DNA from: Mobula hypostoma
Taxonomy: Eukaryota
NCBI RefSeq assembly: GCF_963921235.1
Contig: NC_086097.1
Coordinates: forward strand, 249,614,001-249,678,000
Direction of reading: 5' to 3'
Length of the DNA stretch: 64,000 nucleotides
Position numbers and translations under genes: made by a program. The notes below the pieces were generated by a model. That model did not search any database. It was not told where the DNA came from and saw nothing but the letters and a program-made list of their open reading frames with translations. Positions 36,044-48,409 of the stretch are shown here, piece after piece. Position 1 is the first letter of the stretch; every line of letters begins with the position of its first letter.

Positions 36044-37778
36044 TTACTAAGGAGGAGATCTTAAATAGGTTTTTTGCGTCTGTATTTACTAAGGAAACTG
36101 GCATGAAGTCTATGGAATTAAGGGAAACAAGTAGTGAGATCATGGAAACTGTACAGATCGAAAAGGAGGAGGTCCTTGCTGTCTTGAGGAAAATTAAAGT
36201 GGATAAATCCCCGGGACCTGACAGGGTGTTCCCTCGGACCTTGAAGGAGACTAGTGTTGAAATTGCAGGGGCCTTGGCTGAAATATTTAAAATGTCGCTG
36301 TCTACAGGTGAGGTGCCAGAGGATTGGAGAGTGGCTCATGTTGTTCCGTTGTTTAAAAAAGGATCGAAAAGTAATCCAGGAAATTATAGGCCAGTAAATT
36401 TAACGTCGGTAGTAGGTAAGTTATTGGAGGGAGTACTAAGAGACAGAATCTACAAGCATTTGGATAGACAGGGACTTATTAGGGAGAGTCAACACGGCTT
36501 TGTGCGTGGTAGGTCATGTTTGACCAATCTATTGGAGTTTTTCGAGGAGGTTACCAGGAAAGTGGATGAAGGGAAGGCAGTGGATATTGTCTACATGGAC
36601 TTCAGTAAGGCCTTTGACAAGGTCCCGCATGGGAGGTTAGTTAGGAAAATTCAGTCGCTAGGTATGCATGGAGAGGTGGTAAATTGGATTAGACATTGGC
36701 TCAATGGAAGAAGCCAGAGAGTGGTGGTAGAGAATTGCTTCTCTGAGTGGAGGCCTGTGACTAGTGGTGTGCCACAGGGATCAGTGCTGGGTCCATTGTT
36801 ATTTGTCATCTATATCAATGATCTGGATGATAATGTGGTAAATTGGATCAGCAAGTTTGCTGATGATACAAAGATTGGAGGTCTAGTAGACAGTCAGGAA
36901 GGTTTTCAGAGCCTGCAGAGGGACTTGGACCAGCTGGAAAAATGGGCTGAAAAATGGCAGATGGAGTTTAATACTGACAAGTGTGAGGTATTACACGTTG
37001 GAAGGACAAACCAAGGTAGAACATACAGGGTTAATGGTAAGGCACTGAGGAGTGCAGTGGAACAGAGGGATCTGGGAATACAGATACAAAATTCCCTAAA
37101 AGTGTCGTCACAGGTAGATAGGGTCGTAAAGAGAGCTTTTGGTACATTGGCCTTTATTAATCGAAGTATTGAGTATAAGAGCTGGAATGTTATGATGAGG
37201 TTGTATAAGGCATTGGTGAGGACGAATCTGGAGTATTGTGTTCAGTTTTGGTCACCAAATTACAGGAAGGATATAAATAAGGTTGAAAGAGTGCAGAGAA
37301 GGTTTACAAGGATGTTGCCGGGACTTGAGAAACTCAGTTACAGAGAAAGGTTGAATAGGTTAGGACTTTATTCCCTGGAGTGTAGAAGAATGAGGGGAGA
37401 TTTGATAGAGGTATATAAAATTATGATGGGTATAGATAGAGTGAATGCAAGCAGGCTTTTTCCACTGAGGCAAGGGGATAAAAAAACCAGAGGACATGGG
37501 TTAAGGGTGAGGGGGGAAAAGTTTAAAGGGAACATTAGGGGGGGGCTTCTTCACACAGAGAGTGGTGGGAGTATGGAATGAGCTGCCAGACGAGGTGGTA
37601 AATGCGGGTTCTTTTTTAATATTTAAGAATAAATTGGACAGATACATGGATGGGAGGTGTATGGAGGGATATGGTCCGTGTGCAGGTCAGTGGGACTAGG
37701 CAGAAAATGGTTCGGCACAGCCAAGAAGGGCCAAAAGGCCTGTTTCTGTGCTGCAGTTTCTATGGTTCTATGGTTCTA
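36044..37778 (+). mobile_element. Young 5'-truncated CR1 LINE inserted in Vingi
   Basis: Uninterrupted RT ORF, CR1 3'UTR and (GTTCTATG)n tail. Vingi reads KHLGP|KALHW across the insertion. Confidence 0.95.
36103..37581 (+). CDS. CR1 ORF2 reverse transcriptase domain (492 aa open, no endonuclease)
   Basis: NYRPVNLTS, QHGF, DFSKAFDKVPH, GVPQGSVLGP, KFADDTK and RDLGI. Confidence 0.9.
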   Translation: MKSMELRETSSEIMETVQIEKEEVLAVLRKIKVDKSPGPDRVFPRTLKETSVEIAGALAEIFKMSLSTGEVPEDWRVAHVVPLFKKGSKSNPGNYRPVNLTSVVGKLLEGVLRDRIYKHLDRQGLIRESQHGFVRGRSCLTNLLEFFEEVTRKVDEGKAVDIVYMDFSKAFDKVPHGRLVRKIQSLGMHGEVVNWIRHWLNGRSQRVVVENCFSEWRPVTSGVPQGSVLGPLLFVIYINDLDDNVVNWISKFADDTKIGGLVDSQEGFQSLQRDLDQLEKWAEKWQMEFNTDKCEVLHVGRTNQGRTYRVNGKALRSAVEQRDLGIQIQNSLKVSSQVDRVVKRAFGTLAFINRSIEYKSWNVMMRLYKALVRTNLEYCVQFWSPNYRKDINKVERVQRRFTRMLPGLEKLSYRERLNRLGLYSLECRRMRGDLIEVYKIMMGIDRVNASRLFPLRQGDKKTRGHGLRVRGEKFKGNIRGGLLHTESGGSME

Positions 37779-39352
37779 AAAGCACTCCACTGGCTTCTGT
37801 CCCTTTTTAACTGTTGCCGAAGATCATTAAAAATACCTAAAAAGTAGAGAAGAGCCAAAGTTGTTGCTCTCCTAAAACCCAATAAAGACCCCAACATTCC
37901 AAAAAATTACAGACCGATTTCCTTGCTTTGCACCCTCTATAAACTCTACGAGAGACTCATACTGAAAAGAATATCCCCCTTAGTCAAAGATCTCCTAACA
38001 CCAGACCAAGCCGGGTTCAGGCCAGGCCGCTCTTGCTGAGGTCAAGTCCTGAACTTAACCCAGTGTATTGAGGATGGCTTTGAAATGTGACAAATTACAG
38101 GGGCAGTATTCATTGAGTTAACAGCAGCATACGACATTGTGAATCACAGAGGCCTTCTACTGAAATTATCTAAAATGTTAAAGAATGAAACCACAGTCAA
38201 AGTAATAAGAAGCCTCCTAGAAAATCGTAGATTTTATGTAGAAATGAATGAAATTAAGAGCAGATGGCGTCCACAAAAGAACGGACTACCACAGGGATCA
38301 GTCCTGTCACCTCTACTATTTAATGTTTACACAAATGACCAACCAACCTTTCCTAACACGCGCAGGTTTATCTACGCAGACGACCTATGCATAGCAACAC
38401 AAGCTAACTCCTTCCAAGAAGTTGAAGTACGACTTACAGCAGTCCTCGAAGCAATGAAGCAGTATTATGAAAAATGGTCTCTGAACCCAGATCCATCAAA
38501 AACTCAGGTGTGTGCATTCCACCTGAGGAATCGAGAAGCAGCTCGGAAACTCAAGATCTTCTGGTGTGAGAAGGAGCTCGAACACCATCCGACTCCAATT
38601 TACCTGGGCGTAACACTGGATAGGACGCTCTCATTTGCCACCCATATCCAAAAACTCTGAGGGAAGGTTGGCTCTCGCAGTTCTCTCTTGTAGGCACGAA
38701 ATGGGGAGCTAATGCTCACACACTTAGATCAACTGCCCTAGCGCTCTGCTATGCACCTGCAGAGTACTGTGCATCTGTGTGGGGCGGATCAGCCCATGCG
38801 AAGAAAATAGACCCATTGTTTAACGAAGCCTGCCGAATAATCACGGGCACACTGCGCCCCACACCCACTAACATCATTTACAGACTTGCAGGCATTGCTC
38901 CCCCAGAGATCCAAAGACACACTACAACAAAAATTGAAAAAGGTAAACAGAACTCGGATCCACGGCACCCACTACATCATCATGTGCCAGTTTCCAGCCG
39001 CCTAAAATCGAGGAAAAGCTTTGCTACAGTGGAGGAACTACCGCACGGAACATCCCCCCAAACATACAGGATTGACCTCTGGCAACAAACAGAAGCCAGA
39101 ATCCCACCAAACAATACAGTGCAAGACCCCACAGAAATGTTAACAGACGGGGCACTGCTTGACAGACGGAAGTGGGGCACTCTCAACAGAGCGAGAGCGG
39201 GAGTTTGTAGGACGGGAAACAATATGGTGAAGTGGGGTTTAAAGACCAGCGAATCCTGTGAAAGGGTGCAGAACGTTAAACACGTTCTGCGCAACTGCCC
39301 ACTCTCACCTGATTTAGCTGACACTGACCTGCTCAACATCAACCAAACAACA

Positions 39353-39610
39353 CTATTACTTTATTACTTTTATTACTTTATGACCTTATTGTCGCCAAAC
39401 AATTGATACTAGAGCGTACAATCATCACAGCGATATTTGATTCTACGCTTCACGCTCCCTGCATTACAAATCGATAGTCCAACTGACATTCAGCGAGATG
39501 TTGCTGTGACAGCACTCAGCCGGGTGTTCTATCTCACTTCAGCAAGACCCCGAGACATAGACTTTACTTAACAAGTGCCGGTGCCTGCATGAAAGACATT
39601 ACCATCAGCT
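39353..39610 (-). mobile_element. Rex1/Babar tail and RT fragments truncating Vingi
   Basis: Reverse complement of the tail seen at 24985-25078, followed by EHPAECCHSNISLNVS-like sequence. Confidence 0.65.
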
Positions 39611-39669
39611 TTGTACTTGTACTTGAGTGTTGGATATGACAAGCCATGTTCCAACTATTTTGTCTGCAG

Positions 39670-39721
39670 GAGGACTCCAGTGAAGTCGGTTTGATCTCTC
39701 TGCTCACTGATCATTCCAGAG
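39670..39721 (+). other. Candidate 52-bp exon
   Basis: tattttgtctgcag| EDSSEVGLISLLTDHSR G|gtttgt in unique sequence. Confidence 0.25.
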
Positions 39722-40144
39722 GTTTGTATTGAATTCATCCAGCAGGATTACCAAGAGGGTGCAGCATGCAAAAAGGCTATTTGGCCCATCTACTTCACGC
39801 TATCCACCAAGCATCCATTTTTACACTAATCCTATCCTAGCCCAATTTTGTTCCTCACATATTCCCATCCACTTCCCTTAGATTCTACCATTCACCTATA
39901 CAATTTGAAAAGTGCCTGTCTAACCTACCAACCCATACATTTTTGAGATGTGGGAGCCAGGTTCCCTCTAATTTTCTTCACTGCTGCGCAGACCAACCAT
40001 TGCATGGAGCAGAAAATATTTACATGGCCTGAAAACTGTATGGGACTTCAAATGTTTTTTTTGTAATATGCACACCATGAATATTTAGAATGAAAAGTGA
40101 ATAATCACATATTTATTCAGAATGCAGCACAGATTAGACCCAAC

Positions 40145-41575
40145 CGGAAGGCCTTTGACTAAGTGCCGCACATGAGGCTGCCTAGCAAGATAAGAGCCCG
40201 TGGAATCACAGGGTAGCAAGGGTGGAACATTGGCTGGTCGGCAGAAAACAGAGAGTGGGAATAAAGGGATCCTATTCTGGCTGGCTGCCAGTTACCAGTG
40301 GAGTTCCACAGGGGTCGGTGTTGGAACCGCTGCTTTTTACGAGATAGTTCAATGATTTGGACTATGGTATTAATGGATTTGTGGCTAAGTATGCCAATGG
40401 TACAAAGATAGGTGGAGGAGTGGGTAGTGCTGAGGAAACAGAGAGCCTGCAGAGAGACTTAGATAGTTCAGGGGAATGGGTAAAGAAGTGGCAAATAAAA
40501 TACAATGTTGCAAAGTGTATGATCATGCACTTTGGTGGAAGAAGTAAATGAGCAGACTATGATTTAGATGGGGAGAGAATTCAAAATGCAAAGATGCAAA
40601 GGGACTTGGGGGCCCTTGTGCAGGATACCCTAAAGGTTAACCTCCAGGTTGAGTCAGTGGTGAAGAAGGTGAATGCAATGTTGGCATTCATTTCTAGAGG
40701 TACAGAATGTAAGAGCAGGGACGTGATGTTGAGACTCTATAAGGCACTCGTGAGACCACATGGAGTATTGTGTGCAGTTCTGGGCTCCTTAATTTAGAAA
40801 GGATACACTGACGTTGGAGAGGGTTCAGAGAAGATTAACCAGAATGATTCCAGGAATGAAAGGGTTACTTATGAGGAACGTCTGGCAGCTTTTGGGCTGT
40901 ATTCCCTGGAGTTCAGGAGAATGAGGGCTGGCTGGTGGCGCAATGGCATCAGCGCCGGACTCCGGAGCGAAGGCTCCCGTGTTCGAATCCAAGTCAGGCC
41001 ACCCCTCGAGCACGCTTTCCATCCGTGCCGGGTTGAGCGTCGAGCTAGCCACTCAACCTCATAAAAAACAGGGGCTGAGTGAGGAATGTTCATATTGTGA
41101 CCCGGTTAATCCTGACCAATCCTGACACCACGCGCCAGACAAGAATGGCTGACTGTCTGGTGCGACACACTTGAAAAAGGAGAATGGGGGGATCTCATAG
41201 AAACATTCCAAATGTTAAAAGGCCTGAACAGATTAGATATGGCAAAGTTATTTCCCATGGTAGGGGAGTCTAGGACAAGAGGGCACGACATCAGGATTGA
41301 AGGACGTCCATTTAGAAGCGAGACGTAGAGAAATTACTTTAGTCAGAGGGTGGTAAATCTGTGGATTTTGTTGCCGCAAGCAGCTGTGGAGACCAAGTCA
41401 CTGGGTGCATTTAAGGCAGAGATAGATAGGTTCTTGATTAGCCAGGGCATCAAAGGGTATGGGGAGAAGGCAGAGGAGTGGGGATGACTGGAAGAATTGG
41501 ATCAGCCCATGATTGAATGGTGGAGCAGACTCAATGGGCCGAGTGGCCTACTTCTGCTCCTATGTCTTATGGTCA
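40145..41575 (+). mobile_element. CR1 3' half (degenerate)
   Basis: GVPQGSVL, QRDLGALVQD and a CR1 tail ctgctcctatgtcttatggtc. Confidence 0.9.
40924..41177 (+). mobile_element. tRNA-headed SINE with a Vingi-derived body and tail
   Basis: A box tggcgcaatgg (40936-40946) and B box gttcgaatcc (40981-40990). TSD aggagaatg (40915-40923 and 41178-41186). 41082-41140 matches the Vingi 5' region 33816-33880. Confidence 0.85.
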
Positions 41576-42422
41576 AACCAGTCCTTCATCCTACAACCCC
41601 TGACAAACCTGATTAAATCTAACCTAATCACGGGACAGTTAACCTGACCAGTCCATCTTTGGACAGGGAAAACTCACACATTCCACAGGGAGGACATACA
41701 GACTCCTCACAGGATGGCACCGGAATTGAACTCTGTACTCCGGAATGCCCCATGTCGCACTAACCACTATGCCACAGTGGCATCCATTCATTCAGTTTGT
41801 TAATTGAAGGATATAATGAGAGGACAACAAAGAAAGTCTTTCACGTTTCGTGAGCTTTTCCAGGCTGCGTCTAATTCCAGCCCCACAGCAATAATGGTTA
41901 TGTGTGTGGGAGCATTTCAGATACTGCAAGGCCCTGCACCCATGCAGCTTCGAGGGAACAGTGTGTGGGAGTAAACCAGCGTCCCCACAGGAATATCAAA
42001 TGATTTATCGGGATGACGTACCAACTCCATACAGAGAGCACCTGAGGTCAGGATTAACACTGGTCTCTGGAGTAGTGAGGCAGCAACTCACCAAGCTGAG
42101 GTACGCTGGCCCGCAGCTTGTCTTCCTCGGCATCCTGGGCCAGGGTTTCCTTAAAGGGACAAATAGAATTTCTCCTTGGCATCGCCTGAGCTTCCAGGGT
42201 TGGGAGCAAACGCACTAATGGCCTGTTTCTGCATTACTGCCACTGTGTTGTGTCCATGTGTCCAAAGCCCTGAAACTCCTCTTATCTACAGTCCCTCTTC
42301 ATTTCAGAATCAAATCAGGTTCAACATCACTGGCATACAATATGTCATGAAATTTATTGTTATGTGGCAGCAATACTTTACAATGCACACTAAAAAATTG
42401 TAAATTACAGTAGTTATCTATT

Positions 42423-43334
42423 CAGTGCCTATAAAAGGTATCACACCGCGCCCCCCCCCCAGAAGTTTTCATGTTTTATTGTTTTACAACATTGAATCAC
42501 GATGGCTTTTTTGACACTGGTCAACAGAAAAAGACTCTTTTGTGTCAACGTGAAAACAAATCTTCACAAAGTGATCTCAATTAATTACAACCGTAAAACA
42601 CAGAATAATTCATTGCATAAGTATTCACCTCCTTTAATATGACACACCAAATCAACACTTGTGCAGACAAATGGTTTTAGAATTCACATAATTAATTAAA
42701 TGGAGATCACCTGTGTGCAGTCAAGGTGTTTCGATTGATTGTAGTAAAAATACCCCTGTATCTGGAAGGTCCAACTGCTGGTGAGTCAGTATCCCGGCAA
42801 AAACTACACCCCGAAGACAAAAGAACACCCCAAGCAACTCCACAAAAAGGTTATTGGAAAGCACAAGTCAGGAATTGGATACAAGAAAATTTCCAATTCA
42901 TTGAATATCCCTTGGAGTACAGTTAAGTCAAACATCAAGAAATGGAAAGATATGGAACAGCTGTAAAAGGGCTGTTCACTCACGATCCCCATGCAATCTG
43001 ACAGAGCTTGAGCAGTTTTGTATTGCAGAAAAATTACAGTGTCCAGATGTGCAAAGTTGATGGAGACCTATCCACACAGATTCAAAGCTGTAATTGCTGC
43101 CAAAGGTGCATCTACTAAATACTGGCTTGAAGGGGATGCAATCAATTATTTTGTGTTTTGTGTTTGTAATTAATTTAGATCACTTTGTAGAGATCTGTTT
43201 TCACTTTGACATGGAAGAGTCTTTTTCTGTAGATCAGTGTCAAAGAAAGCCAAATTAAATCCATTGTGATTCAATGTTGTAAAACAATAAAACATGAAAA
43301 CTTCCAAGTGGGTGAATACTTTTTATAGGCACTG
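42423..43334 (+). mobile_element. Internally deleted Tc1 (same family as 9231-10728), inserted in a Rex1 tail
   Basis: TIRs cagtgcctataaaagg / tgaatactttttataggcactg. Peptide GYKKISNSLNIPWSTVKSNIKKWK. Confidence 0.9.
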
Positions 43335-43870
43335 TGTATATATTAAAAAAGTTAAATAAATAGTGCAAAAAAAGAAAAAGGAATAGTAGTTCATGGGTTC
43401 AATGTCCATTCAGAAATCTGATGGTAGAGGTGAAGAAGCTGTTCTTGAATCATTGAGTGTGTGCCTTCAGACCCCTGCACCTCCTCCCTGATGGTAGCAA
43501 TGAGAAGGGGGCATGTCCCGGATGGTGGGGATCTTTACTAATGGGTGCCACCTTTTTGAGACATCACTCTTTGAAGATACCCTGGATGCTGGGGAGGCTT
43601 GTGACAATAATGGAGCTGACTGAGTTCACAACTTTCTGCAGCTTATTTCAATCCTGTGCAGTCACCCTTCCCCATACCAAATGGTAATGCAGCCATTTAG
43701 AATGCTCTCCACAGTAGATCCGTAGAAATTTGCGAGTGTCTTTGGTGACATACCAAATCTCCTGAAACTCCTAATGAAATATAGACACTGGCATGCCTTC
43801 TCTGTAATTGCATCGATATGCTGGGCCCAGGTTAGATCCTCAGAGATGTTGACACCTAGGAACTCGAACA
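43335..43870 (-). mobile_element. Rex1/Babar 3' fragment (tail continues at ~42300-42422)
   Basis: FLGVNISEDLTWAQH...LYFIRSFRRFGMSPKTL. Confidence 0.85.
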
Positions 43871-44709
43871 TTTAAATAATAATCTGCCTTTTAACCATTT
43901 ACTAAAGTGTGTGAACACACACATTCCACATTAAGCTCCATCATGTTTCCAATAGTCCAGGGCCAGAGGGCACAACCTTAGAATAGAATGACGTCCCTTT
44001 AGAACAGAGATTTTCTTTATCCAGAGGATTGTGAATCTGCGGAATTCAGTCCACAGATGGCTGTGCGGGCCAAGTCATTGGGTGCATTTGGAGCAGAAAT
44101 TGATACGTAAGTGTGTTAAAGGTTATGGAGAAGACGAGAATGGGCTTGGGAAGGAATAACAAACTAGCCATAAGCAGACTCGATGGGTTGAGTCATCTAA
44201 TTCTGTTCTTATGGTCTGATAGGAGTCCCAGAGGTGGAGCAGGAAGCAGAAACACTGAACTGGAGGAACCAGTTCCAGTGGTCTCACACTCTTCTGAGAA
44301 AAAGGGAAAGAAAATTGAACAGGTAGGACATTAAAGTGTGTCGGAAGCAAAAGGAGAGTGGTATGTAATAGAGGAGGAGCAGATATTAAGGAGGTTTCCA
44401 GAAAGAGAAGAGAGGTCAATTAGCCTGCAAGGGAACCACCTCAGAATAGAGGGACATCCATTTAGAATGGAGATGGGGAGGAATTTCTTTATCCAGAGGG
44501 TGGTGAATCTAAGGAATTAGTTGCCACTGACAAGTCATTGGGGATACAGTATTTCAAGCAGAGGTTGATAGGTTCTTGATTAGCCAGGGCATCAAAGATT
44601 ACAGGGAGAAGGCAGGAGACTGGGGTTGAGCTGGAAAATAAATCAGCCACAACTGAACGGTGGCGCAGGCGCTATCGGCTGAGTGGCCTAATTTTGCTTC
44701 CATAACACC

Positions 44710-47300
44710 TTAAGATAAAGGAGCAGAATTCGGCCATTTGGCCCTATCGAGTCTGCTCCACCATTTCATCACAGCTGATCCAATTTTCTTCTCAGCTCCA
44801 ATCTTCAACCTTCTCCCTCAATTCTTTCACACCCTGACCAATCAAGAATCTATCTACCTCTGCTTTAAATATACATAAAGACTTGGCCTCCACAGCTGCC
44901 TGTGGAAATGAATTCCACTGATTCACCACTCTCTGGCTAAATAAATTCCTCTTCATCTCCATTCTAAATTGACATGCCTCTATTCTGAGCCTGTGTCCTC
45001 TGGTTTTAGACCCTCCCACCACAAGAAACATCCTCTCCTCATCCATTCTTTCAAGGCCTTTCACCATTTGATAGGTTTCAATGAGGTCACCCCTCATTCT
45101 TCTGAATTCTAGTGAAGACAGGCCAAGAGCCATCACAAGCTCTTCATATGACAAGCTATTCAATCCTGGAAATATTTTTGTGAACCTTCTTTGAACCCTC
45201 TCTAGTTTCAGCAGACCCTTTCCAAGATAACGGGCTCAAACTTGCTCACAATACTCCAAGTGAGGCCTCACTAGCACTTTATAAAATTTCAACATTACAT
45301 CTTTGCTTTTATATTCTAGTTCTCTTGAAATAAATGGGAACATTACATTTGCCTTCCTCACCACAGACTCAACCTGCAAATTAACTTTTAGGGAATCCTG
45401 CACAAGAGCTCCCAAGTCCCTTTGCACGTCAGTTTTTTGTATTTTCTCTCCATCCAGCAAATAGTCAACCCTTTTGTTTCTTCTAGCAAAGTGCATGATC
45501 ACACACTTCCCAACACTGTTTTCCATCTGCCATTTCATTTCCCAGTCTCCTAATCTAAGTCCTTCTGTAGCCTCTCTACTTCCTCAAAACTACCTGCTCC
45601 TCCAGCTATCTTCATATTGTCTGCAAACTTTGTAACAAAACCATCAATTCCATCATCCAAATCATTGACATATAATGTAAAAATAATTGGTCCCAACACT
45701 AGTCACCGGCAGCCAACTAGAAAAGGCTCCCTTTATTCCCACTCTTTGCCTCCTGTCAATCTGCCACTGCTTTATCTGTGCTAGAATCTTTCCTGTAATA
45801 CCATGGGCTCATAGCTTGTTAACCAGCCTCACATGTGACCCCTTGTCAAAGGCGCTCTGAAAATCCAAATACACAACATCAACTGACTCTCCTTTGTCTA
45901 TCCTACTCGTTATGTTTTCAAAGAATTCCAACAGATTTGTCAGGAAAGTTTTTCCCTGGAGGAAACTATGCTGACCACAGCCTATTTTATCATGTGCTTC
46001 CAAGTAAACTGACACCTCATCCTTAATAATCGACTTCAACATGTTCCTAACCACTGAGGTCAGACTAACTGGCCTATAGTTTCCTTTCTTCTGCCTCTCT
46101 CCCTTCTTGAAGTGTGGAGTGACATTTATAAATTTCAGTCTTCTGGAACCATTCCAGAATCTAGTGATTCTTGAAATATCATTACTAACGCCTCCACAAT
46201 CTCTGCAGCCATCTCTTTCAGAACTCTGGGATGTACACCATCTGTTCCAAGTGACTTATCTACCTTCAGACCTTTCAGTTTCCCAAGACCCTTCTCTCTA
46301 GTTATGGTAACTTCACACACTTCATGCCCCCTGACACCTGGAACTTCCACCATACTACTAGTGTCTTCCACAGTGAAGACTGATGCAAAATACTCATTCA
46401 GTTTGTCTGTTAATTCCTCATCCCCCATTACTACTGTATCTCTCCAGCATTGTTTTCTAGTGGTCCAATATCCACACTTACCTCTCTTTTACACTTTATC
46501 TAACTGAAGAAACTTTTAGTATCCTTGTTAATATTACTGGCCAGCTTATTCCACCTTATTATTCTACCTTTACCTTCTTGACGACTTTTTTAGTTGTCTT
46601 CTGTTGGTGCAGAGGAGATGTCAGGGGTAAGTTTTCCACACAGAGAGTGGTGGGTGCGTGGAATGTACTGCCAGCGATGGTGGTGGAAGCGGATACAATA
46701 AGATCTTTTAAGAGACTCTTAGGTAGGTACATGGAGCTTAGAAAAATAGAGGGCTGTGCAGTAGGGAAATTCTAGGTAGTTTCCAAAGTAGGTTACATGA
46801 TCAGCACAACATTGTGAGCTGAATGTGCTGTAGATTTCTATGTTCTATGTGTTAATCTTTTATTATGTCTGCCATCTCTTTGGCTTTGACTTCTCTTGTT
46901 AGCCATAGTTGTGTCACCTTTCCTTTAGAATATTGCTGCCTCTTTGGGAAGTATATATCCTGTGCCTTCCAGATCACTTCCAGAAATTCCAGCCATTGCT
47001 GCTCTGCTGTCATCCCTGCCAGTGTTCTTTTCCAATCAATTCTAGCCAACTCCTCCCTCATGCCTCTGTAATTCCCTTTACTCCACTGTAATACTGGTAC
47101 AGCTGACTTTAGCTTCCGCTTCTCAAATTTCAGTGTGAATTTGATCATATTATGATCACTTGCCCTTAAGGTTTCTTCTACCTTTAGTTCTCTAATCAAT
47201 TCCAGTTCATTGCACAACACCCAATCCAGAATAGCCGATCCCCTAGTAGGCTCAACCATGAGCTGCTCTAAAAAGCCATCTCGTAGGCACCCTAGAAATT
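44710..47300 (-). mobile_element. CR1 LINE ORF2 (degenerate) with a nested plus-strand CR1 tail at ~46606-46850
   Basis: LDWVLCN..SDHNM, DGVHPRVLKE, YLDFQSAFDK and LVRPHLEYC. Confidence 0.92.
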
Positions 47301-47339
47301 CCACGCCACCCCCTACCCACCCCCCCCCCACCCACCCGG

Positions 47340-48127
47340 AGTCCAGGATGTTCCACAATGCTTCTAGTAAATTGTTCTCTGGACAGATGAGACTTTTTGG
47401 CAGAAATGCACATTGCCATGCTTGAAGGAAAAAGGGCACTGCATACTAACTCCAAAACCTCATCCAACTGTGAAGCCTGGTGGAAGGAGCATCTTGATTT
47501 GGGACTACTTTGCTGCCTCAGGGCCTGGAGAGTTCGCGATTGTTGAGGAAACAATGAATTCAAAATTGTATCGAAACTATTTACAAGAGAATGTTGAGGT
47601 AGCAATCTGTCACCTAAAGCTTAATACAAGTTGGATGATGGAACAAGACAATGATCCGACAGAGTAAATCAACAACAGAATGGTTTAAAAACAAGAAAAT
47701 TTGTGTTTTGGAATGGCCAAGTCCAAGCCCTGACCTTAAACCAATTGAGATGCTGTGGCATGGCCTGAAGAAGGCTTTTCATGCAAGGTATCCCAAAAAT
47801 ATTGACGAAATGAAACAGTTTTGTAAGGAGGAATGGTCTCAAATTTTTTCTTGCCGCTGTGCAAGCCTGATCAGCAGCTTCAGGAAATGTTTGTTGGAGG
47901 TTCTACCAGTTATTAAATACACAGACCTTTTCCAACCTGGACTATGAATGATTAAACAATGTGTTCAGTAAAGACATGAGAAGTGCAAATGTTTGTGTGT
48001 TATTAGTTTAGGCAGATTGTATTTGTCTATTATTGTGACTTAGATGAAGATCAGACAACCTTTTGTAAGTAATTAATGTAGAAAACCGGGTAATTGCAAA
48101 GGGTTCACAAACTTTTTCTTTCAACTG
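47340..48127 (+). mobile_element. Tc1 3' half (same family as 15227-17143)
   Basis: WMMEQDNDP and VLEWPSPSPDLKPIEMLW. TIR ...tttttctttcaactg-TA. Confidence 0.9.
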
Positions 48128-48409
48128 TACATGGATGGGAGCGGTATGGAAGGCTATGGTTCAGGTGCAAGATAATGGAACCAGGCAGGATAACAATACA
48201 TCACAGAATAGATGGGCCAAAGAGCCTGTTTATGTGTTGTAATGCTCTACGACTATAACCAGGCAATTCAAATTGATGTTGACCAAGTGGGACACAACAG
48301 GCAGGAGAACATGGCATTGGGGATTCCTTCTGCTGGGAAGGCACAGTACAAAAGGAATGATGTCTTCATGCCATTAAGTGTCTTAGGATCCTCTGGCACA
48401 TACAAAGTA

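Larger units (their letters stand above)
33816..39352 (+). mobile_element. Vingi (Ingi-related) LINE, near full-length single ORF (APE and RT), degenerate and split by two younger LINEs
   Basis: MKIVSHNIEG...MQETH (from 33932), IGDFNSHS, GYNPDLAF, YRPISLL, GLPQGSVLSP, IYADDL, YLGVTLDRTL, WGANA and RIITGTLRPTP..LAGIAPP. Segments are 33816-34053, 34896-36043 and 37779-39352. Confidence 0.85.
39958..41963. mobile_element. hAT-type non-autonomous element split by CR1 and SINE insertions
   Basis: Termini caggttccctcta... and ...gcagcttcgagggaacagtg. Confidence 0.45.

Noticed and set aside
40928..41001. tRNA-Arg(CCG)-like gene
   Set aside because: The stems are imperfect, there is no poly-T terminator, and it is the head of a TSD-flanked SINE.
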